DNA of 64,000 nucleotides, from positions 186,001 through 250,000 of the forward strand of contig NIVC01001396.1 of the NCBI GenBank assembly GCA_002269645.1, given 5' to 3'. The notes beneath the pieces were generated by a model. It was not told the origin of the DNA, searched no databases, and saw only the letters and a program-made list of their open reading frames with translations. Each line of letters opens with the position of its first letter. Position 1 is the first letter of the stretch. This stretch comes from Macrostomum lignano (Eukaryota). This document shows, piece by piece, positions 42,401-52,614 of this stretch. A program made the position numbers and the translations under genes.

Positions 42401-44010
42401 TGACTGGGTGAGACACTGATCATGTGAGACTGACTGGGTGAGACACTGATCATGTGAGACTGTGTAGGTGAGACACTGATCATGTGAGACTGACTGTAGG
42501 TGAGACACTGATCATGTGAGACTGACTGGGTGAGACACTGATCATGTGAGACTGACTGTGGTGAGACACTGATCATGTGAGACTGACTGGTGAGACACTG
42601 ATCATGTGAGACTGTAGGTGAGACACTGATCATGTGAGACTGTAGGTGAGACACTGATCATGTGAGACTGTAGGTGAGACACTGATCATGTGAGACTGTA
42701 GGTGAGACACTGATCATGTGAGACTGTGGGTGAGACACTGATCATGTGAGACTGTGGGTGAGACACTGATCATGTGAGACTGTGGGTGAGACACTGATCA
42801 TGTGAGACTGTAGGTGAGACACTGATCATGTGAGACTGACTGTATGTGAGACACTGATCATGTGAGACTGACTGTAGGTGAGACACTGATCATGTGAGAC
42901 TGTATGTGAGACACTGATCATGTGAGACTGTGTGGTGAGACACTGATCATGTGAGACTGTATGTGAGACACTGATCATGTGAGACTGTATGTGAGACACT
43001 GATCATGTGAGACTGTGGGTGAGACACTGATCATGTGAGACTGTATGTGAGACACTGATCATGTGAGACTGTATGTGAGACACTGATCATGTGAGACTGT
43101 ATGTGAGACACTGATCATGTGAGACTGTATGTGAGACACTGATCATGTGAGACTGTATGTGAGACACTGATCATGTGAGACTGTATGTGAGACACTGATC
43201 ATGTGAGACTGTAGTGAGACACTGATCATGTGAGACATGATCATACAGTGAGACTGTAGGTGAGACACTGATCATGTGAGACTGACTGTATGTGAGACAC
43301 TGATCATGTGAGACTGACTGTAGGTGAGACACTGATCATGTGAGACTGTGGGTGAGACACTGATCATGTGAGACTGTAGGTGAGACACTGATCATGTGAG
43401 ACTGACTGTATGTGAGACACTGATCATGTGAGACTGTAGGTGAGACACTGATCATGTGAGACTGTAGGTGAGACACTGATCATGTGAGACTGACTGTATG
43501 TGAGACACTGATCATTTGAGACTGACTGTATGTGAGACACTGATCATGTGAGACTGTGGGTGAGACACTGATCATGTGAGACTGTGGGTGAGACACTGAT
43601 CATGTGAGACTGACTGTATGTGAGACACTGATCATGTGAGACTGTATGTGAGACACTGATCATGTGAGACTGTATGTGAGACACTGATCATGTGAGACTG
43701 TATGTGAGACACTGATCATGTGAGACATGATCCTACAGTTAGACTGTAGGTGAGACACTGATCATGTGAGACTGTGGGTGAGACACTGATCATGTGAGAC
43801 TGTAGATGAGATACTGATCATGTGAGACTGTGGGTGAGACACTGATCATGTGAGACTGTAGGTGAGACACTGATCATGTGAGACTGTGGGTGAGACACTG
43901 ATCATGTGAGACTGTAGGTGAGACACAGGACACTCATGTGAGACTGTAGGTGAGACACAGGACACTCATGAGAGACTGTAGATGAGACACTCATGTGAGA
44001 GTGCAGGTGA
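27435..44010. repeat. 28/32-bp satellite, main ~16.5-kb block (27- and 30-bp variants too)
   Basis: Continuous tandem units, roughly 550-600 by length/unit estimate. The array degenerates at ~43920-44010. Confidence 0.98.
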
Positions 44011-44162
44011 AATATTATGTTATGAATGGAATTCGATAAGACCAGTTGACAAGAATCGGTAAGATGTTAATGAGATAGCAAATGACACTGCTGTATCAAA
44101 CTGATGAGTTTGAATAACCCGGTAATGGCGGACCCATTTAACCCCTCCTCCCAACATTGCAG

Positions 44163-44327
44163 CTTCGAATGCTTCGACCGCAGAAGTTCCCGGATCCGTT
44201 CGAAGATTGCTTCGAAATTCCATTGGATTTTTTCACCGAATTCTACGTGAAACCGCCGGATAAAAAGCCAGTCAAAGCTCTTAGAAGAAAGAAGAAAGTT
44301 CCAGCAAAGATTGTCCAACCAAAATGA
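44163..44327 (+). CDS. Probable terminal exon of the ankyrin-repeat gene
   Basis: ctcctcccaacattgcag| acceptor, phase 0, matching the 22600 donor. Encodes LRMLRPQKFPDPFEDCFEIPLDFFTEFYVKPPDKKPVKALRRKKKVPAKIVQPK*. The link to exon 22049-22600 is inferred. Confidence 0.55.
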   Translation, partial: LRMLRPQKFPDPFEDCFEIPLDFFTEFYVKPPDKKPVKALRRKKKVPAKIVQPK

Positions 44328-44848
44328 CGCGGCCCGACGGAAAGGCTGCAGCAAAATTTGCAATTTTTACCAAGAAAGAATATTTTTGCTTTGATTTTGT
44401 TTACTGCATTTCAACTTCCTCCCCCCCCGTTCATTCAAGTACAACTGTCATTTGCACTAATCAGCTGTTGGATGTTGTTAACTAGAAAATAAAATGCGCT
44501 TTTTCTGCAGTATCAGCCAACGAAATTATCTAAAATAGGAAACCGAACAGCAGTTATTATTTTGAGGACAAGTTTTTGCATTTTAGAATGAGCTGATTCT
44601 TTAACGAAAGAACAGTTCACTTTAGGTTCAGAGCAAAAGTTTTTATGGCATTGACTATAGTCGCAGTCACAGTTTTATAAGACCGCTCTTTGCTGCGAAA
44701 ATTTATTATCTTATCAAAATTTTGCAGTTTTCTAAAACAAAGTCTCAGATTCTATATAAGCTCGAGATTCTTAGAGCCTTTTTCTAATTCCTGCTTGTCT
44801 TTGGTGACATTTTTGATCTGATATTCTTGTTTCAAAGCAACTAGAATC

Positions 44849-45212
44849 ATGCGCGCAAACAGTCTACTTACAACAGCAGTAGTATCCTGCTTGCTTCTAT
44901 CGATACCACCGGCATCCGCTCATCCGGTGTCACACCTGAGTGGCGCAGCGGACCCGCCGGCTGCAGAGTCGTCAGGCACAAGCGTGAACATCATTCACGT
45001 GAACCCTTTGCAAATCGAGCGAGATCTGAGAGACTACGACACAGCCATTGTGTTTTACTACGTTGAATATTGTCCGGTGTGCGCTCAGCTGAGGCCCGTG
45101 TACGCCAAGGCCAGCTACCTGCTCCAGCAGCAACAGCTGGACGAAACGTTGGACGGTGAAACATCTTCGACGCGTCGGGTTCTGGCTGCGGTTAATTGCG
45201 GAGCGAATGCTC
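44849..45212 (+). CDS. Signal-peptide thioredoxin/PDI-like protein, exon 1 (active-site-like CPVC)
   Basis: Hydrophobic N-terminus. IVFYYVEYCPVCAQLRPVY aligns with the PDI pattern FYAPWCGHCKxLxPxY, followed by AAVNC. Donor C|gtaagt (phase 1). Confidence 0.85.
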
Positions 45213-45343
45213 GTAAGTACTACTGAGTTGGACACTCTATAGTCAGTAGTGCTTGTGTGCTTGGGTGTAGCTAAATGAAAACTTAGGAAAAGCTGACATG
45301 TCGCTTTTGACATGTAACCGCATGGCAATCTTCCCACCCACAG

Positions 45344-45474
45344 GGAGCTGCATTCGAACCGGTGTCACCAGAGTTCCCCTGTTCAAACGATTTCGCAACG
45401 GCGGACGAATTAGCGAAGTACTCAGATATCCACGAGTTAATGCCCAGATGCTACTGGCAGCAGTCAATGCTTAA
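45344..45474 (+). CDS. Thioredoxin-like protein, exon 2 (terminal)
   Basis: cccacag|GG acceptor, phase 1. RSCIRTGVTRVPLFKRFRNGG matches the C..GV.GYPT.K.F.NG part of the Trx fold (cis-Pro). Stop TAA at 45472-45474; total 164 aa. Confidence 0.8.
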
Positions 45475-47853
45475 GTAGTAGAGATGGCTTATTGTAATCG
45501 ATTTTTTTACTTTTGACAGAAATCTGAATATTTGAGTGAACACTTAAAAGGCCAAAAGTTTGGATAGATCTTATTGTTCGTGACATTCGATTAATACTGA
45601 AATTAAATGTGATAAATATTAGGCTCCAGTAGTACCTTTGAATATAAAATCTAATTAGCTTTTACAGTTAATCAAATCAATGAAAAAATTATTTATATCA
45701 TCATATGAAACTACCGAGGTGTGTCTCAAAAGTTTGACCAATTTTGATGTTTCATTTCTCAAACTAAAGTTAATTTTTCAACTAAAATGCTTGTCATTTG
45801 AATTTTCTTTCTATCTAGTTGAAAAGGTAAAAGTACATAAAAGGATCTAAACACAGTTTTGTTATAGTCAACGAAACTTTTAAAAATTCGTTCACTCGTT
45901 GCCTTTATCGAATCGATCGATGGTAAACATATAGGCTCAGGTAGTTCTTAGCTACTAAGGTTAATCGACTAAGTTAGTGTAGTTGCTTTCACTTTGAAAT
46001 CTGAGAAGGCCTCTTAAATCCTCTTCATTTGGAAGTTTGACGACATTTTAAGGACTGCTAACAACACGTAGCTATAGGAAATGGAACAGAGAGTCAACTC
46101 GTTTCCTATTCTTTCATGAAGTTCCTTCCCATTTTTTCAAGTCAAATGCTAGAAGAAATCTTTAGCTAAGAAGTTTCTAGCGAACAGGCCTCTCAGGCTT
46201 GCGTTGTGAGCACAACTGCTCAGCAGCCAAACTTAACCACAATGCTCAGTGGTTCAGTATTTGCTTTGGTCTCAACCGTCTCCGTGTAGAGCTGAGCTTG
46301 CACTTTGAAATATTATCCTTTCTCCTCAGAGGCTACATTTATATAGCTACCAGGTAGCTGCTAAGCAGCTTGAGCGAAATCCATCTTCTTCCCATTGTCT
46401 TTCCTACACGAGCTGGCTGTGTTAACAAGAAGCTGGCGAGTACAAACGCCTCTCTGAGCCCATATTGACACTTGAGGATGCGCATGCAGCTGTGTCAAAG
46501 TGGGTTGAGTTTGGTAAGTCTAACATGCAGATAAAGCATTGCTTGCGTAACGACAACCGCAAACGTAAATTTGTCAGGTCTGTGGCATCAGCACTTTTGT
46601 TTGCTTTAGTTCTATCCAGGCTTAAGAAGATGTTTAATTTCAATCTAAGAGGGATTATTTATCCATTTTAGTCCTGTTTGAATTCATGTCTGGTGCGTGA
46701 CAAATGCCGGAGATCGTGTAAGAAGCAAGAACGGCTGGCTTGTCTGGCAAAAGTTCATCATTCCTAGAAAGTGTGTGACGCGTGCAAGAATGGTTAATTT
46801 CCTGTTCAACAAAGCGGAAACATCAAATGGCACTTGATCTCTGTGTTAGTCTTGTCCGATAAACTAATGCACCCCATTTACTGCGGCGATGTAATCATAC
46901 TGTAGATTAATGTACTAAAAAATCATTAGAAGTGTTGGAAAAACAAGGGATTCTTCTTCCGGTTCATGACAAATCTCACAATTCATTTTTGAGTTTAATT
47001 TCATCCAGCGTATACTCAGTACTAGAGTTGGAGGAAATTAACTCAATTTCACTTAACGTACATGTATACATGAACTAAAGCTGTTTATTGTGTCCAACGT
47101 AATAGCATATTGTTACTGCACGGGCCTAAGAGCTTAAGACGCAAACTTCTTGAAGCGCGCATAAACTTTAAACTTTAGATTTGCAATTTTCGACAAAGTT
47201 TCGAGTGAACTTCTAGTTGAAAGTTAGCTGATATAAAAAATCTAGTTCGGCAAAGATCTCGGCTAACTGCAGCTGGTGAAATGTACAACCACAATAGCCC
47301 ACTTACACCGATCTTTATATACTTTTACTTGTAACATGCATTTCGCGGATATGTTACTTGCCATTTGTTACGCAACACTTTCAGTGCGCTCTTGTGCCGC
47401 CTCTAAAAGCAATTGTTACAAGCACAAATTTTATGACACTTCGCGCTTTGGAAGGCGTCCCCTTAAAAAAGCCTCCTTTCAAAATCCAAACGCTAAAACT
47501 GTAGCAAAAAATTAAAACAAAGGCACGAGACAGACTGCTTTAATAAGCAGGATTTTTCACTGCTCCGAGTAGTTGATGCTGAGAATTGCCTTTAAATCAA
47601 ATTATTATTTGTTGTCACATTTGTAGTCCAAAGCTTACTTGGCTTGTCAAATAGGAGCTCAAAACTAACAAAATACCAGGTAGGACTTCCGAGAAAGCAT
47701 GCAAGCGATGCTCTTGCTTGGATTAAAAAAATTAAGGTCAGGATTATAATGAGTCAAGGGTGAGGGTTGGATTTGGTCTCGAGTTTGTCTCTCTCTGTAT
47801 CCCTTTGGATTAGGTTCTCCAGAACTCTTTTCGAAGCTGTTTAGTCCGGACAT

Positions 47854-48207
47854 TTACCGTTTGCCCATCCTGACGAAGGAGGCGCGCTTCTTCTTACCCA
47901 TCCTGACATAGGAGGCGCGCTTCTTCTTACCCATCCTGACATAGGAGGCGCGCTTCTTCTTACCCATCCTGACGAAGGAGGCGCGCTTATCAACGCCGTT
48001 ACTATCGGCCTCGTTGGTCATCACGTCGAGCAAGTTGACAGTCATTTTCAGGGTGACCGCGGCGCACTCATCGACACAGTCTGGTCGCGCGGCCAGCTCC
48101 GCGCGGCTCATGCAGACGTCGACAGTGTCAAGCTTGCAGGCATGCAGACTGCTGGTGCACAAGATGACCAGCAGCAGAACCAGCGACGAAATTTGCGACA
48201 GCGACAT
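47854..48207 (-). CDS. Neuropeptide precursor: 2x ASFVRMamide + 2x ASYVRMamide (FxRIamide/FVRIamide-like)
   Basis: Signal peptide MSLSQISSLVLLLVILCTSSLHA, a 4-Cys pro-region, KR and KKKR cleavage sites, and a Gly amide donor after each peptide. Confidence 0.93.
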   Translation of the reverse strand: MSLSQISSLVLLLVILCTSSLHACKLDTVDVCMSRAELAARPDCVDECAAVTLKMTVNLLDVMTNEADSNGVDKRASFVRMGKKKRASYVRMGKKKRASYVRMGKKKRASFVRMGKR

Positions 48208-49120
48208 CCCGGATAAGTTCCTGCGGTGACGGTTGAGTTCGAGAGGTGCTTTCGTCAGTTGGTTGGTTCAAGAAAATTAGTACAGGCTATAAGAAATTCA
48301 TAAGACAGATTTATTTCGCAGTGATTTTAACAAATTATGACAACGAAACTTTTCTGTAGTTTAAATCGGTCGATGAATTTGCATATTATATTGAATTAAA
48401 AGTGATAAAAATGTCTTTTTAATTATTATCTCAAACTGAAAGACAAACCTGACTTTGGCGCGTTAATTAGTTTTAAAATTGTTAGTTTTATGCCGGATGT
48501 TGTCGGTGCAGCGTGAATACATGTACAGAAAAAGAAATCTGATGCAGACCAAGCTCTCGCAAAGTGTAAAGTTGAATTCAAAATTTTTGTTTAACTCAAT
48601 TGGAAAAATTTTAGATTTTAATGCCATGCAGTGTTGCTAATGAAGTGTCAATTTCACTCAGCATGCTCAGGTCTCTCAGCTAGTTTGCATATTTGCTTAA
48701 CCTCACACTGAAGAAGCTCTAGACTTAAGCCTTATAGTGACAAAGCCATTGATCGATTGGGATGCTGTGGATTTTGCGTCGCTAAACTGAAGAATAAAAT
48801 TTCACGTTCACCTGCTCAAATAAGAATTTTTTAAAGAAACGCTTACGATGTTTGAAAAGTTCTTCAAATACGCACCGACAGCCCCCTATCGAGTTTCATG
48901 TCAAAAGTAAATTTTGAGCAACTTGAGCTCTCCTCGTTTTTTGTCAAACATTCCCTATCGCCTTTTTTACAAGCCACTCCACCAGTTACCCAAGCGCGTG
49001 AAGTTGTGCTTCTAAAATTCTACTTACACTTCGAAATTAGAATTCGAACCCGACCGAATCATTCACTTGGAAAGCCAGTCATCGAGCAGTACCAATCAAT
49101 ACAGGTATTGTAGAGAACTA

Positions 49121-49392
49121 GGGGTTTGTAGCCTAGTGAGGGGCAGTAGACTAGAGGCTATAGAGCGTCGGACTCCCGACTGGAAGGTTGTGGGTTCGAT
49201 TCTTGACCCACAACTCGGAACAATTTGTGTCCTTGAGCAAGACAACTCAACTCTGCATTGCTTCAGTTCTTCACTCAGCTGTAAAATTGAGGGTGTGCGT
49301 GGCGACCGCCCCCCCTTCCAGTCTCGGACCGAACAGCCGTCGGTTGCACATCTGCACATAAGGACAGATGTAATAAATAATTATTATTATCA
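49121..49392 (+). mobile_element. tRNA-derived CORE-like SINE, copy B
   Basis: TAGCCTAGTG (A box), GGTTCGATTC (B box), TGTGTCCTTGAGCAAGAC...CAGCTGTAAAATTG, then CGGTTGCACATCTG and an A/T-rich (ATT)n tail. Homologous to copy A. Confidence 0.8.
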
Positions 49393-49813
49393 TTACCATT
49401 GGAATACATCAAAGCGGATCAAGTCAGCTAGAAGATCAATAAGTTCAGGAGAACCTTGCTAACTACTAGCGTAAATTTAGAGCATTCCGAAGGCCTTTAT
49501 GGTTCTCTCGCTATTTTTTGGGTTGCCTTCATCATTTTTCATTTCTCTGCTAATTCAAGATGCCGGCCTGACATCAAGTGGAGAGCTGAGAAAGAGGAAG
49601 AAATATGGTTGAAATTCGACTTGAGCTCTGAGCTTCACACAAAAATGGGAAGAAATGGTTGCCTGCTGCATTTTGCTTTTTTGCGTCGAAAAATTCCCAA
49701 AAAAAAAGATTTTCCCAGTTATATTTTCTTCAAATTGTTTCTTCAGCAGTTTCTCAAGTTTCCTTGCGGATTTGGGCGAAAAATATTAATGGGATTTTAA
49801 TCCCACGGCTTAC

Positions 49814-49988
49814 CTTTTCGGATTTCCCAAACGGAATCTTTAATCTGTCAGAGAGGATTTGGTTGAGTTTTGTTTTCAATGGAAAAAATCTTAATTGAGT
49901 GCTGCTAACGCGTTGCTGTGCAGTGATGGAGCGCCGAGTGGATTAGCAAAGAGGCTGGGGCTCGGGCTGCTCAGGCTTGGTTTAAATA
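49814..49988 (-). promoter_or_regulatory. Putative TATA-like box and non-coding first exon of the neuropeptide gene
   Basis: TATTTAAA on the minus strand at 49981-49988, and CCAAT at ~50093-50097. Strong donor AAG|gtaagc at 49814/49813, matched by acceptor accgcag| at 48221/48220, 13 nt before the ATG. Confidence 0.45.
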
Positions 49989-50138
49989 TTTTCTTCGTTT
50001 CTGACTGCCCACGCCAAGCAGCCTCTTTTGGCTCTGGCTCGCGGTTGGCTGGGATGGGGAACCGCTTTGAATTGCTGTCTTTACGGACTACTATTGGCCT
50101 GGTGATCGGTCGTCTCTTTTGCTTGCTAGATTGAAGCA

Positions 50139-51032
50139 CTAAAGCCCTGGTGCTAAAGTCCTGGTGCTGGCGCCCCTGGTGCTAAAGCCCCTTGGTGCTG
50201 GCGCCCCTGGTGCTAAAGCCCCTTGGTGCTGGCGCCCCTGGTGCTAAAGCCCCTTGGTGCTGGCGCCCCTGGTGCTAAAGCCCCTTGGTGCTAAATTCCT
50301 GGTGCTGGCGCCCCTGGTGCTGGCGCCCCTTGGTGCTGGCGCCCCTGGTGCTAAAGCCCCTTGGTGCTGGCGCCCCTGGTGCTGGCGCCCCTGGTGCTGG
50401 CGCCCCTGGTGCTGGCGCCCCTGGTGCTGGCGCCCCTGGTGCTGGCGCCCCTGGTGCTGGCGCCCCTGGTGCTGGCGCCCCTGGTGTTGGCGCCCTTGGT
50501 GCTAAAGTCCTGGTGTTGGCGCCCTTGGTGCTAAAGCCCGTTGGTGCTAAAGCCCCTGGTGCTGGCGCCCCTGGTGCTAAAGCCCCTTGGTGCTGGCGCC
50601 CCTGGTGCTGGCGCCCCTGGTGCTGGCGCCCCTGGTGCTGGCGCCCCTGGTGTTGGCGCCCTTGGTGCTAAAGTCCTGGTGTTGGCGCCCTTGGTGCTAA
50701 AGCCCTTGGTGCTAAAGCCCTTGGTGCTAAAGCCCCTTGGTGCTAAAGCCCTGGTGCTAAAGCCCCTGGTGCTGGCGCCCCTGGTGCTGGCGCCCCTGGT
50801 GCTGGCGCCCCTTGGTGCTAAAGCCCTTGGTGCTAAAGCCCTGGTGCTAAAGCCCCTGGTGCTAAAGCCCCCTGGTGCTAAAGCCCCCTGGTGCTGGCGC
50901 CCCTGGTGCTAAAGCCCCCTGGTGCTAAAGCCCCCTGGTGCTAAAGCCCCCTGGTGCTAAAGCCCCCTGGTGCTGGCGCCCCTGGTGCTAAAGCCCCTGG
51001 TGCTAAAGCCTCTGATGCTAAAGCCCCTGGTG
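50139..51032. repeat. 15-bp minisatellite (GGTGCTGGCGCCCCT / GGTGCTAAAGCCCCT), copy 2
   Basis: Same family as 15890-16380. Source of the WCWRP / GAGAP pseudo-ORFs. Confidence 0.95.
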
Positions 51033-51474
51033 TGGAATCCAGAAAGGCTTTGATCCCAGCGACCCAAAGTTGTCCCAACTATATTTACCCGACAAGGCTA
51101 AGTCTATGAATAATTTTGCCACTGAGTGTGCGGGGATGTGTAGGCGCTGGAAGTAAACGATGCCGAGTTTTGACGTCTTCCTAGCGACTGAGTTTGGAAC
51201 CCTTAGACAAATCGAATCAAGCGCTATAAACTACTTACTAAGCATATATAATGTATTGGTAGACTTAAGTAGCCCGTAAATCAATCAATCCATCAATCAA
51301 TCATGTCCTTCACTGTGTTGCTAGGAGTATGGAGTTGAGGCAGAAATATTTTTGGCAACAACTTGGGCCAGGAATCAGATTTTGGGTAAGTAGTATGTCT
51401 CACTGTTGCATTGCAGATCAGCTGGGGGTGTTGCACTTTTATAAATGACTACTTTTTATTGCTACGGTAGATAG

Positions 51475-51830
51475 CACAGTTGCTATGGAAGATAATTTAG
51501 TTGCTATGGCAGATTATTTCGTTACTATTGGGAGATTATGTAGTTTCTTGGGGAGATAATGTAGTTGCTATGGGAGATTATTTAGTTGCTATGGGAGATG
51601 CTGTAGTTGCTATAGGAAATAATGTAGTTGCTATGGGAAATAATGTAGTTGCTATGGGGTAGATAATGTAGCTTCTATGGTGGATAATGTAGTTGCTATG
51701 GCAAATAATGTAGTTGCTATGGTAGATTATGAGTTGCTGGGGGAGATAATGTATTGCTATGGAAAATAATACTGTTGCTATGGGTGATACTGCAGTTACT
51801 TTGGGAGATGATTTAGTTGCTATGCTATTT
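51475..51830. repeat. Degenerate 21-bp minisatellite (GTAGTTGCTATGGGAGATAAT)
   Basis: About 15 units. Confidence 0.85.
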
Positions 51831-52284
51831 TTGCTACTATAATATACGCACATCACAATAAAAGTTTGTTTTAATTTCGTTTAACTCAAAAAAGAGCCGA
51901 ATATTATAAAAACATTTTCAATATACTACTCAACTTAATCAACTGAGTAGTATCGTATGAAAACAGCATTAAGATGGATTTCAGAAAACAGCAAATTTAG
52001 AATTGTATATATTCTAACCAACCAATAGAATGCCGGCAATCCTGGACAAATAAGCACGAAGCACGAACTGCAGATATAATAGAGAGGAAAATGAAATTGC
52101 AAGAACAGCAGAGAACAAGGGGGTCTCCTAGAATAAACCTACACAGCTGCATAATTGCTTCCTTGCACGTTACTGCTAACAGCCTTGAAGCAATTAAGTG
52201 AGAAACAGATAAATAAATCATAAACTTAAATTTTTGTTTTGTTGTTGAAACTAACTTCCTCGGGTCAAAGACCCTTCGATCAGC

Positions 52285-52553
52285 ATGAGCCGATTAGTGT
52301 GGTATTTCCACCTGTTGCTGATAATTGTTCTGCTTATTAGTCAGCACGTGACTACTGCCGGCCGCGCCAGGGACAGGTACCAGCGCAGACGGGAGAGAAT
52401 CAACCGGCGTCGCTATGGTTACCTGAGCGACGCTGCCGCTGGAGGAAACCAGCCCTGTCCAGTTGGCTGCGGCTGCAGCGGTCGGTCTGTCAGCTGCAGC
52501 AAGGCTGGCCTGACAACAATTCCCACTGAACTGCCCGACAATGTGGAGAGACT
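52285..52553 (+). CDS. slit: Slit exon 1 (signal peptide, basic insert, LRRNT)
   Basis: MSRLVWYFHLLLIIVLL...CPVGCGCSGRSVSCSKAGLTTIPTELPDNVERL; donor CT|gtgagt (phase 2). Confidence 0.92.
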
Positions 52554-52614
52554 GTGAGTGCTCAGATGCCGATTAACTGCGGAAGTGCTGGAAATGGCGC
52601 TGGAAATTAGAAAT

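Noticed and set aside
23401-44010. CRISPR-like appearance of regular ~30-bp repeats
   Set aside because: The units are head-to-tail with no unique spacers, there are no cas genes, and the context is eukaryotic and spliced.
46400-46520. Possible plus-strand exon ending at a good donor (TTTG|gtaagt)
   Set aside because: No clear acceptor in a long open frame, and the thioredoxin gene already terminates at 45474.
49121-49215. tRNA gene suggested by the A and B boxes (also 22830-22895 and 20060-20160)
   Set aside because: No convincing cloverleaf with a closed acceptor stem and no oligo-T terminator. The sequence continues into a shared SINE body.
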